Below, piece after piece: positions 11,322 to 21,408 of a stretch of 64,000 nt of DNA (the first letter of the stretch is position 1; every line of letters starts with the position of its first letter). The stretch covers positions 248,001 through 312,000 of the forward strand of contig OZ025699.1 of NCBI GenBank assembly GCA_964019335.1. The letters are read 5' to 3'. A program made the position numbers and the translations under genes. Source of the DNA: Diplonema japonicum. Taxonomy: Eukaryota; Protista; Euglenozoa: Diplonemea. The notes beneath the pieces are model-generated. The model saw only the letters and a program-made list of their open reading frames with translations. It was not told the DNA's origin and searched no databases.

Positions 11322-12045
11322 TTTTTTTTTTTTTTTTTCAAAATACCAATGCAGGGCCGCCATGGAGAGCAACACCTGAGAAAAGGGAAAAAAGGTGAAG
11401 GGAAACCATGGGGAAATAGGGAGGGCAAAGGACCAGGCTTCTGCAAGCAGGAGGAGCCCTGGTCCCCCACCAACCCGTGCTCTGCTTTGGGACAGCCGAA
11501 GAGGGCTGAATTACATTATTCCCTCAGTCAAGTGAGAGAAAAACGGGGGCCTACCTTCCAGCTGGATGTCCTTCTTTGGCTGGAACCTCCGGCGGAAAGC
11601 CCCCAGGGAGGTATTGCTCCTATTGAGCGAATCATTGGTGAGTGTGAAAAAAAGGGGAAATGGGAAACAGTGAGAGGAAGGGGAAGGAAGGGAAAGGAAA
11701 GTGGGAAACACAACATTTCATTTTACACACACACGCGGGGCGATCCCTTAGCGCAGCACGGGGGCCGCGGGACCGGCGTCAAGAGAGACCGGAGGAGGGG
11801 GCGGCACGTTCGAAGGTGCAGTGACGTCTGTAGACGCCAGGGATGATGGCGAGGTGAACAGTCCGGAGCGTGACCAGGCGAGCAGGCCAGACTCAACAAT
11901 GAGGTCGTAGATCTGGGTCACGCGTCTCGACAGAGAGAACGCTAGGGAGGGAGTACCAGCAGGAGTGTCGATCGCCCCCCTCCCGATCACAGGGCACCCA
12001 CCGACAACATGCTCCCTGGACATCGGTGCTGCGTGGCAGGCTGCT
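11322..12045 (-). mobile_element. 5'-truncated non-LTR retroelement 3' end (Zn knuckle remnant, 3' UTR, poly(A))
   Basis: ACHAAPMSREHVVGGCP resembles a terminal CCHC motif. Sense A tract at about 11322-11338. Confidence 0.4.
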
Positions 12046-12589
12046 GAAATGGTTTTAAGTTAGGATGAAGAAGCGAAGAAATAGATAAAAAGGGGTGGGA
12101 AAGAATAAATACTGCATACGAAAACAGAGAGTCGAGTAAAAAAGGGAAAAGGTGACTGACATCCTCAAGAGGAGCCTCCCACGTACCAGGAATTAAGCAG
12201 AGGTTGCTTCCATGGCCCGTATCAGTCTATCGCCAGAAAGAATAATGAAAATAACATAACAAAGAGAAGGGGAGAAGAAACGGAAAAAGACGGCTTGGTC
12301 ATCAGAGAATGTTGACCCAAATGTGTCGGCGGACGCAGTTTAACGTCATACCCGGGACGGAAACCGGGCTGGGCACCGGAGCACACCCTTGTGCTCCTGT
12401 TCGGGCCAGCAGTCCGCACCGGCACGGAGGCATCCCCTTCAGCCGGTTTTGTTGGGCTGTGGAGCCTTTGGAAATAAATGTAAAGAAAACATAACCAGAG
12501 AGGAAGAAAGAAGTTGGGGTGCACGACAGGGCAAAAAAAAGGGAAGACATGGGGGATGAGAGTACTATTACTAAAAAAGTTTAAATCTA

Positions 12590-13545
12590 CTTCTACTTCT
12601 CTTGCCGGCCCGGCACAGCACGCCTCGCACCCAGCAGCACACGCCACACAGACAGACCAGCGCACCTCCACCGCCACCAGTTCTCTTCCAGTGCCCCCGT
12701 GCACCCCACCGTCGATCCGTTTATCTGTACCCAGTTCGGCTACCGATCTGTCTGGCCTTCCAGTTGCGACAGGGCGGTCATTGCCTGGAGGGCGCCGGGA
12801 TCAACACTGTGGCCTCCACTTCGCGCGAGACCGGTCTCAGCCTCACGTCTCTCGGATGGGGTACGCTGGAACACTGGGCGACGCCGCCGCACGCATCACA
12901 CCACAACACAGCGGAACCAGCACAAACCGTACGCCACTCACCAGCGACACCAGCCACAACCCACCGCTCCTGTTCACCCCACCGTTGTCCGAGTACCTGT
13001 ACCCAGTTAGCCTGTGTCCTGACTGGCCTTTCAGTTGGGGCAGGACTGACAACGCTACAAGGGCGCCGGGAACAACCTGTGGCCTCCACTGTGTGCGAGA
13101 TCGGTCTCAGCCTCTCGACGCTGGTGGAATGAACAGGAACGGTGGGTGTCGCCGCCGCACGCAACCACGCACACGCCGCGCGATGGGAGAGAATGTTTTC
13201 GCCTTCTGTCCGACCTGTACAACCGAGCCATCCGTGTAGGCATGGATGCCCGGGGGGAGAGCCGCAAGAGCAGCCTCGGCCGCCTTCCGCCTGTCCGCGT
13301 CTGGCGACGATCGCGTGACCCCGCCGGGGAGGTCAGTCCTGAAGTCGACCATGCCTGTCTGCCACGGGGCCGCCAGGGGCGTAGCCGACAGGTACTCGAA
13401 GTGCACCTTTGGTTCCAACCCGCATCGACGCAGTGCTTGGTAGCCAGAGCGCAGCCACCCACACCCCAGCCTGTTCGTCTGCTTCAGCTTGACCGTCTCC
13501 CTGTGAACCGGGGAGGACTGCCAGCAGAAGGCCTTCGCCGTCATC
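12590..13545 (-). mobile_element. Degenerate ingi-related element (RNase H region)
   Basis: PLAAPWQ...ALPPGIHAYTDGSV parallels VAPWQ...FTDGSV of the intact element. Internal duplicated segment TGTGGCCTCCACT..CGGTCTCAGCCTC at about 12808 and 13078. Confidence 0.65.
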
Positions 13546-14224
13546 GTCGCCGCAGCACGTTTAGGGGTTATTATTATTATTATTATTATTTTTTTTTTTT
13601 AATTCCACTTCTTTTTCGACTTGCTAAGGCCGCACCCACTAGGTGGGTTGGAAGTGTCTCGAGACGCTCACCCGGTTGCCCGGGTACTCATGACCGTTTG
13701 GCACTTTACACTTTACTTTATTTACCTTTCGTCCGTAAGCTAGAGTGCGCAATACCAAGGCTCAATACGTCCCCTGTTGCCAGTTTCAAAAGACTGGCGT
13801 CTTCAAGAGGACTCCTGGGCCTCCCACATACCAGGAATTAAGCAGAGGTTAAGAAAAGCAACAAAGACGGAACTGAACAGTAGGACCCAGGACTGAATCG
13901 ACGGCCTGCTGCTTGTCAAAATGCATCATGGACAGGCTCGAATTCCATTTTTTTTTTCTTTCTTTTTTTTTTGTGTGCCCTGTACCTCCCCCTTTTTTTT
14001 TGAAGTGACCCATCTTGCTTCGGCAAGGACTCGTTGGTCCCAACCCACTTATACACCCTCTCAAGTTTTAACCAGAAGTTTTTGTTCGTCAAGTCAAACT
14101 TAATGTAAGGATTGACAGATTGAGAGCTCTTTCTCGATCCATTGTGTGGTGGTGCATGGCCGCTCCTGGTTGGTGGAGTGATTTCTTTCCCCAGATTTTA
14201 GAGGAGAAGAAAAAAAAAAAAAAA

Positions 14225-14317
14225 CTCAAAGTACAGGACAAGCCCCCCGCTAGAGCCGCCCTATGGGAGGGGGGGGTCTATCTGTTAATACCCTTCTGGA
14301 GCATTGCTTTCATCCCG
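14225..14317 (-). mobile_element. 3'-terminal remnant of T-tailed LINE subfamily B
   Basis: Aligns by eye with 40710-40810. A runs (+ strand) on both sides. Confidence 0.75.
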
Positions 14318-14430
14318 AAAAAAAAAAAAAAAAAAAAAAAAAGAAGAATAAAAGAAATATGGAGATACAAAGGAAGTAATGAGCTAAAAAAAAAGAAGAA
14401 GAAGAAAAGAAAAGAAGAAAAAAAAAACTA

Positions 14431-14517
14431 CTGTAAAAATAAGAAAAAAAGGCTTTATTTCGGACCCGAAATCTTTCTTAAACTTTTCTTTTTTTTTCCC
14501 TTACGGTTGTTTTACAG
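14431..14517. mobile_element. 87-bp pogo-derived mini-MITE
   Basis: TA|CTGTAAAA ... GTTTTACAG|TA, the same termini as 4321-5913. Confidence 0.55.
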
Positions 14518-14795
14518 TAGCAGAGAGAGCATAGACTTTTTCTTTTTTTTTTTGTTTCCTTCTTTCTTTTTTTTTTTTTTTTTTCGTTGACGTTTTGTTT
14601 CCTTCTTTTTTTTTTTTTTTTTTTGTTTTAACAATATTATTGTCGAGACTAAAAACTAGTTGATGGCAGCGTAATGAGCTATTTTATTAGGTAAAATTCC
14701 GCTCGTGCGCACAAACAAATGGAGCGCCAAACTAGTTTTTTTTTTTTTTTTTTTTTTTTTATTTGTGGAACGCACAGAGCAGAGAAAAGGGTTTT

Positions 14796-14838
<43 letters not shown>

Positions 14839-14856
14839 AAAACCAAAAGAGACTAA

Positions 14857-15019
14857 TTAAAGGTGCCTGTGATCATGCTTCTTCTGCGATCCGCGTCGTG
14901 TCCTTAATGCGTGCGGTGTGCAACTCAACCCCAGCCAGGGCGCCCCTGTCGCCCTGAGCATCTGTAATACGTGCTCCCACTCGGGCGATACCGAACACAT
15001 TTGATGTACTTCTTTATAT
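14857..15019 (-). repeat. SINE-like family S1 copy, interrupted by a DNA transposon (continues at about 16597-16620)
   Basis: Matches 52490-52700. The missing end TTTCCGTGTTATCCCCCACCAC resumes after the inserted element. Confidence 0.7.
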
Positions 15020-16577
15020 GGCATCGTTTCAAACCCCCCCCCCAAAAAAAATGAGGCCAATTGACACTTTCAATATTTCTCTAAGTACTTTTTCCCAAAA
15101 AAAAAAAAGATTCTACAACTTTCCCGGCCCAGGTTAGGAAAAAAAACACCCCAGAAAATGGGAAAGTGAGCGTTACTGGTACCCAGAAAATTCAGTCCTA
15201 GGGGCAAAAATGGGTTTTTTCACTTTGCACAAATTCAGTAAAAGAGGGGGTGACAAAAATGGATGCTTTTAAACTTGCTGTTGAGAAGCTAGGGGTAAAA
15301 AAAAATGGTATTCGGACCGAGAAAGGGTAAATGGGAACACCACGGTGATCAGGACACTCGCCACAGAGGTTTTTGAGAAGCTCAGTGGCAACGACTGTGC
15401 TGCACTAGTTTGTGGCGTAGTGTGTAAAGGGGAACTTCTAGCGGCACTTCTGCTATCATTTTCTGGTTGATTTAGTAGCCAACAAGACACCACACGGCGC
15501 CAATTGGTCAGAGGCATGAGGCTTGACCACATCACACATGATGAAATAAGGGCAGCTGGCCTTACTGTTGGAAAAGTCTTGTTCCACAGTAGCATGGGCA
15601 CAGAAAAAAATAAAGAAAAAAATGGAGTGGATACTCTGGACTGACGGTGGGCGTCACTTTCGTGCAAAGGAATTTTGCTACTTTGTTCTTTTTGGTCTTC
15701 GTTATGTATATCCCGATCGGACGTTTTCCCTGTGGTTTCTGGGGGAGAAACACGGCAAAAACAACAGGGACAGCCACTTTGGTGTGCTCTCTCGTGTTTG
15801 GTTTTGGGTGCCTCGTTCCACAACAATTAAAACTGTGGAACAAATAGCTAACATCACCAATACGATACGGTGGCGCCGTGCATGTAGTTACTGATGTCTT
15901 TGGCCCGTACAAAAAAGAAAATTCTTGAGTTTCCGGATTTTACAGGTGCTATGAGCTCAGGAGCACACCGGAGGGTGTATTGCTACGTGCGCGTCCACGA
16001 GCTAGAAAGAACTAAATTACATCATCAAAGAACTCGCTGCAGACAGGGCAGAGTATGAGGACTTTCTTGATAGCCTTCCCGGACTTGAAAAACGAGAAAG
16101 AATAGTAACCAAATTACAAAAATACTCGACACCCCATGACAAGCCCAAAGCACCAAGTACACCTACGAATGAGCCTCTTAAACCCCCCCCCAAAATGCGG
16201 TAGAAGGCCTAATAGTATGAAGAAGAAACGAGGTCGCCCACTCAGCAGCAGCACATCTCAGCCGCAGAAGACTAGGAAATGAAGGTTTCCATTTCCAACA
16301 TCATTTCAGCCACCTTCTAGCAGGTGAGTTCCGCTATTTCTTGCTATTGAAAGCATGCTCTCTGACTTTACCAAAACCACTAAAACCCGATTTTTACCCT
16401 AATACTGAATTTTTCATAGGTCAAAATAGCACTCTTGAGCGATTTCTGACCCGGGTTCTTTCCTAATATGGGCCGGGAAATATGGAGAATTCTTTTTAAA
16501 GGGGGCGGCATGCCCAAAGATGCAACGAAAGTGTCAATTGGCCTCATTTTTTTGGGGGGGGTTTTTGAAATCGACCC
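15020..16577 (+). mobile_element. Sola-like DNA transposon, internally deleted, with ~200-bp imperfect TIRs
   Basis: TTTCAAACnAAAAAAAATGAGGCCAATTGACACTTTC is mirrored at 16527-16570, and the similarity extends about 200 bp. Transposase fragment WTDGGRHFRAKEF...EKHGKNNRDSHFG resembles the Sola SDG..HGK..D signature. The superfamily call is tentative. Confidence 0.7.
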
Positions 16578-17036
16578 ATTATTAAATAAGTAAACTATTT
16601 CCGTGTTATCCCCACCACTCCAAAAAAAAAAAGGAAAAAAAAAAAAAAAAAAGAAAGAAAAAAAGGTGTTTGAGATGATTGGTTATTATGAGCACTTGTG
16701 CCGAAGCAATAAAACCTTTTAAGCAAAGTGCATCAAGTTGTTTAAAGAAAAAGAAAATAGAAAAGAAACTTGCGAATAAAAAAATCAAAATACCCCCCCC
16801 CCCCCACACCCCCCACGAGTCGCAAAAGGTACTAAAACTTTCCTGTTTCCTTCTCCATTGCTTTCTCTTGAGATTTTGCCCCCCTCCCAAAAAAAAAATC
16901 AAGTTTTATCTAATTACGCACTCAGCCTCTGGGCGTGAAATAAAAAAAAACTCGATGGGAAGAAGAATAACTATTGATTTATGAATAGCAAACCCACTTT
17001 AATTCATGAATACGTAATTTTGAAGAAGAAAAAAAA

Positions 17037-17170
17037 TAATTCTTTATGACTATATGTCTTTGTTGTTCGCACGAGCAAAAAAGGTTTTTTAAAAAGCTGC
17101 GAAAGTTTTTTGCTCGGCACAAGTTGCATATAGTTATAAAATCATTTTTTGAAAGATAAATATTTGTAAC
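17037..17170. repeat. 135-bp dispersed repeat family S2
   Basis: TCTTTATGACTATATGTCTT...GAAAGATAAATATTTGTAAC then An. Near-identical at 31400, 50512 and 54174. Confidence 0.9.
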
Positions 17171-17202
17171 AAAAAAAAAAAAAAAAAAAAAGAAAAAAGA
17201 AA

Positions 17203-17925
17203 CTACGAGCAACCAGCAGCCCATCTAGCCTTCGCCGCCATAACCTCTCCTGACACACACGAAGAATTTGACACATAAGCTGCAAGGGGAGGGTCGCTAC
17301 ACATGATATCTAAAACCAAGTTCCCGACAGCAGAAGCCGCACGGGCTGCACTATTGTGGGTACCGTGGGAGGCCTCCTCAATCTGGAAGGTATCCAGCAT
17401 GCCGGCACCAGTGCAAGCAGAGAGGAGGTGAAGGGCCTCTCGGTGCATCGACAGCCCACAGGTAGAATTCATATTGCAATATCTAATGCTGAATAGCACC
17501 AGCGTTGTGTTTGTTGCAGCCAACCTGTCTTTGGTGTTCTTCACAAGGTTCAGGACTTCATCAAAGTACACATCAGGAGAAGAGTGCGCGGACCCAAAAT
17601 CGTTCTGACTATTCGAAACCATCACAACAGAGGCATTCCCCAGCCCGACTGTGTCTTTGAAAGGGTAAGACCCTTCATGGCCTGTTATAACATGCAGTTT
17701 TTTTGTTTTTACGCATTTTTTCGCATTATTCGTTTTTTGCCTCAGTCTGCACGTTGCCGGGACCCACTGGTAGCCCTGTAGGCTGCCTGGGAATATGTCC
17801 GCAGTGTCACCACAGAGCCTTCTGGTGTCACCAGCATCGGTGTTAAATTGCTTAAAACGAGCCCATACACTGTCACACGCCAGGAGTATAGCTACAATGT
17901 AAGTTAGTTTAAGAGCATTGTCCAT
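17203..17925 (-). CDS. Secreted or membrane-anchored degenerate SGNH/PC-esterase-like protein
   Basis: N-terminal hydrophobic segment. WVPATCRL..CVKTKKLHVITG and a C-terminal NLVLDIMC resemble the PC-esterase scaffold, but GDS is absent. Confidence 0.55.
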   Translation of the reverse strand: MDNALKLTYIVAILLACDSVWARFKQFNTDAGDTRRLCGDTADIFPGSLQGYQWVPATCRLRQKTNNAKKCVKTKKLHVITGHEGSYPFKDTVGLGNASVVMVSNSQNDFGSAHSSPDVYFDEVLNLVKNTKDRLAATNTTLVLFSIRYCNMNSTCGLSMHREALHLLSACTGAGMLDTFQIEEASHGTHNSAARAASAVGNLVLDIMCSDPPLAAYVSNSSCVSGEVMAAKARWAAGCS

Positions 17926-18576
17926 GGTTTTCTGTTTGGTGGTAAACTTGGAGAACGGAATATATATATGTATAAAAAAAAAAAGGAAATTGAACAGAGG
18001 AATACTAGGAGAAAATGTCATAATGAGCTTTTTCCCCTCCCGTTCAGAGAAAGAAGAAGAAGAGGGGGGGAAAAAAAAGGGGGGGGGGAAACAAAATACT
18101 GTAATAACGCTTTTTTTTTTTTTACAGTTTTAAAAAAAAAATATATAAAAATAATTCCTAGTGCTTGTTTTTGTTGTAAAGAAGGGGGGGAAAAAAACAG
18201 CCCCCCCCCCCCCCACAAAGTCGCATAAGGTAATATACTTTTCTTTTTTTTTTTCTTTTTTTTTTGGAATAAGAAACAAACTTTTTTCTTTTTTCTTTTT
18301 TGATAAAATACTGCAGCCGCCGAGGAAAAAAAGGAAAAATCTTTCGGGTAAATAATTTTCCTTGATGATTTTTTTTTTTCTTCTTTCCTTTTTTTTTTTT
18401 TTTTACAGTGAACATAGTATCCAGTGTGATTGGTTAACCCTGGACTACCATGAGTAAAAGAAAAAGAAGAAATTAAAAAAAAAATAATAATAGAGAGGAA
18501 AAACAAAACAAGAATACTGGGAAAAAAAGAAAAAAGAAAAAAAAAGATAGGGGTGAATAAAGTCTGCGGCAGAAAA

Positions 18577-18608
<32 letters not shown>

Positions 18609-18611
<3 letters not shown>

Positions 18612-18654
18612 ATGAGATAAAGGAGGTTCCTGTTGGAACGTCCCCCTTGTATCG
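18609..18654 (-). mobile_element. 3'-terminal remnant of T-tailed LINE subfamily A
   Basis: Near-identical to 24942-24985, embedded in + strand A runs. Confidence 0.8.
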
Positions 18655-18861
18655 AAAAAAAAAAAAAAAAAAAAGAAAAGAAAGAGAGAAAAAGAGGGAG
18701 GGAAGACAGTTGAACCCATCGAGAGCACACTTCCCCACCCCCTTTTCCCCACCCTTTTCTATCGCCGAGTCTAGAGACAGGTAGTCATAGACAACAGACC
18801 TTACTTTTTTTTCTTTTCTATTTTTTTTTTCTTCCCATTTGGGGGGTAGGGAAACAGACGT

Positions 18862-18893
<32 letters not shown>

Positions 18894-18908
18894 TCTTCTT
18901 CTCCCCAT

Positions 18909-20546
18909 CTAAGACCTCCCGTGTCTCCAAGAGAAGCCCTTCGGGTACGCCCACGCACCGTCGCTGTTCCCATCCTCACGAACGTCCTCCCAAACCACAA
19001 CGCTCCCGCCGATTTCTTTAAGCAGCCCTGCAAGCTTCTCCCTCCAAGCATCATCGCCGTACTTCTCACGGTACTCAGCGATAAGCTCATGGGTGGGCCT
19101 GTCGGTACCATCATCAAGTCCAAGCATGGGCCTCCAATGGTCATGACTCTCACATAGCCCCTTTTTGCACGTTGTGGGTTTCGTCTTCGGTGCTTCCTTT
19201 GGGTCAAAGGGGCCATGCTGGTTCTGGACAATCCAAGTATCATCAATCACCCTGCCGTAGTCGGACCCGGGGAACTTTGTAGGGTCGGTCTGAACCTGCT
19301 GCCAGTGAATGTGCGAGGAGTTGTAAACAAACATTCTAGTGTAAGAGAAGGAGTTGGAACGGAATGCGGACCAGCTGGGCTGCGGGTATGTGAACGGTTC
19401 GTGCATTTCAGGGCTCCCAGCAGCGCCGGTCACCACGTAGATGGTAGCACGGGGGTTGACATTGGACTGGTCGCTCCTGTCCTTGTAGGTGGGCCACATT
19501 CTTTCGTAGTTGTGCTCGTGCCCGTTGATGAAGAAGTCCACACCGTAGTCGAACAAAATGGGTTCCATGGTTTTTCGAACCTTGCGGGCGTCCGCGTGGC
19601 AGTCGCCGTCGCACGAGCAGTAAATCGAACGGTGTCCGTGCATTATGACCCATGGGACGTTGGCACGGTTCGCGTTGGCCTTCTCCAGGTCGTCCTTCAC
19701 CCACGCAACGAATGTGTCAAGTGTTGTGTTCCCATCTGAGACACCGAACCACAGTTCAGTGGACATTGCGATGTAATGAACAAGTCCATGGTCCCACGAG
19801 AAGTACATACTGTTTGATGTCACACCGTTCGTCGTGTTGTACAACGCCGGCACAGCGTTCGACGGCATCAACCTGAAGCTTTCCATGTAGTGTGCAAGGG
19901 CACCCGCACCGTCTTCGTGGTTGCCGTGCGACACCATGTACGGGACTCTGGTGGCGACCTGTTCGATGTTTCTGAAGAATTGATCGCCGACTGTACCGTC
20001 GTTATCGTCGAGGTTGTAGGCGAAGTCCCCCACATGGAGGAACATATCCGCGTCGTGCTCACTAATGAGCCCAGCGTCTGTTCGGTTAGCCGAGCATGTC
20101 GATGCATTGCAGTAGAAAGAGTGTTGCGTGCATGCTTCGCACAGGGTGAAGGCGCATGCTGTGCCCATGTCGCCGAACAGGATGTGTCGATAGGGTTCAC
20201 CCGTGTTCCTCTTGCGTCTGTTGGTCACATTGAACACACGGGAAAATTCGTTCCCGTCGCCGACCCTGTAGTAGTACATCGTGTTGGTGGCCAGGCTTGT
20301 CATTTCCGCCACGTGGGTGTACCACACCCTGCCTACGTCTTGTGTGAAGGGTCTTGTGTTGCCATTTGCGCGGTGCCCCAGAGATGGTTTCTCACCCCAT
20401 TCTATAGTCGGGGTCTTGCCCTCTGACTGTGTCACCCATTCGACTGTCAAGGTGTCCGGTGTTCTGCCCAACGCCAGGTGGACCTGTTCTGGTTTTGTGG
20501 ACGCAATGGCACTTGCCCCTGCTATGAGCAAGATAGAGTGTATCAT
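18909..20546 (-). CDS. Purple acid phosphatase (ACP7-like metallophosphoesterase), secreted
   Basis: Signal peptide, PEQVHL FN3-like N-domain, and motifs GDMG, GDFAY, GNHE, VIMHGH, GHEHNYER. Confidence 0.95.
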   Translation of the reverse strand: MIHSILLIAGASAIASTKPEQVHLALGRTPDTLTVEWVTQSEGKTPTIEWGEKPSLGHRANGNTRPFTQDVGRVWYTHVAEMTSLATNTMYYYRVGDGNEFSRVFNVTNRRKRNTGEPYRHILFGDMGTACAFTLCEACTQHSFYCNASTCSANRTDAGLISEHDADMFLHVGDFAYNLDDNDGTVGDQFFRNIEQVATRVPYMVSHGNHEDGAGALAHYMESFRLMPSNAVPALYNTTNGVTSNSMYFSWDHGLVHYIAMSTELWFGVSDGNTTLDTFVAWVKDDLEKANANRANVPWVIMHGHRSIYCSCDGDCHADARKVRKTMEPILFDYGVDFFINGHEHNYERMWPTYKDRSDQSNVNPRATIYVVTGAAGSPEMHEPFTYPQPSWSAFRSNSFSYTRMFVYNSSHIHWQQVQTDPTKFPGSDYGRVIDDTWIVQNQHGPFDPKEAPKTKPTTCKKGLCESHDHWRPMLGLDDGTDRPTHELIAEYREKYGDDAWREKLAGLLKEIGGSVVVWEDVREDGNSDGAWAYPKGFSWRHGRS

Positions 20547-21408
20547 TTTTTTTTTTTTTTTTGTCTTGTTTTCTGGGTCAGGGAGTGAGTACATGTATTG
20601 AGCGTTCAGGCAGCTCCTTGCCAAACATTCAGATGGACTACTCCGTTATGTGACGAGGGTCTTCTAGAAGACACAGGATAGCTCTGAACCTAAAAAGTGA
20701 CGGAAGAGAGGGGGAGGACTGATCTGAAGGCAACAAACAAACATCAGAGTGTGCGGTGGGGAAGAAGAACACGATACCATGTGCACCAAAACAGATTAAA
20801 TAGAAGAAGTACAAAAACAGTAAGGGGGCGAGGGGAGGGAAACAAAACCACTCACCTATCGCCAAGGAATGACTTTTTTTTTTTTTTTTTATACCGCCCT
20901 CTCGGAACCTCGGAGCAACGGTAAAGTTATTACCTTGTTGGGTAGTAAATAGCTATTATTACGTGAATGGAGGGTCGGAAAAAAAAAAAAGAATTCTTCA
21001 AAAAAAAAAAAAAAAATAAGGGGGAAGTTGACATCTCTTTTTTTTCTTCTTTTTTTTTTTTTTTTTTCCCTTTTCTTTTTCCATTTAGAGAGGAAGAAGG
21101 GGGAGAAAAAAAAAAGAAGAAAAAAAAAGAATTATAAGGCGTGATTTTCCCACCCCCTTTTTTTTTCCCCTTCAACTTTGCTTTTAAACTGGCTCTGCGG
21201 TGAGACGCGATCGCTTTTATCACGTTCGTTGCGACGGCGTTGTATTATTGTATGAAACCAGGTAAGAAAAAAGAGAAGAAAAAAAAAAGGAGAGAGAAGA
21301 GATGAGAAGAGAAGAAAAAAAAAAAAGAAAGAACGGAACTGAACAGATCCCCCCCCCCCAGGTTGGAAAACCTGGTTTTCTTCCCTTTTTATCTTTTCTT
21401 CCACCTCC

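Noticed and set aside
12351-12373. Similarity to SRP RNA helix 8
   Set aside because: The bases flanking GAAA do not pair, and the rest of 7SL is absent.
19215-20426. Long + strand ORFs opposite real genes (also opposite the RTs and cyclases)
   Set aside because: Antisense shadows of GC-rich coding sequence with no motifs.
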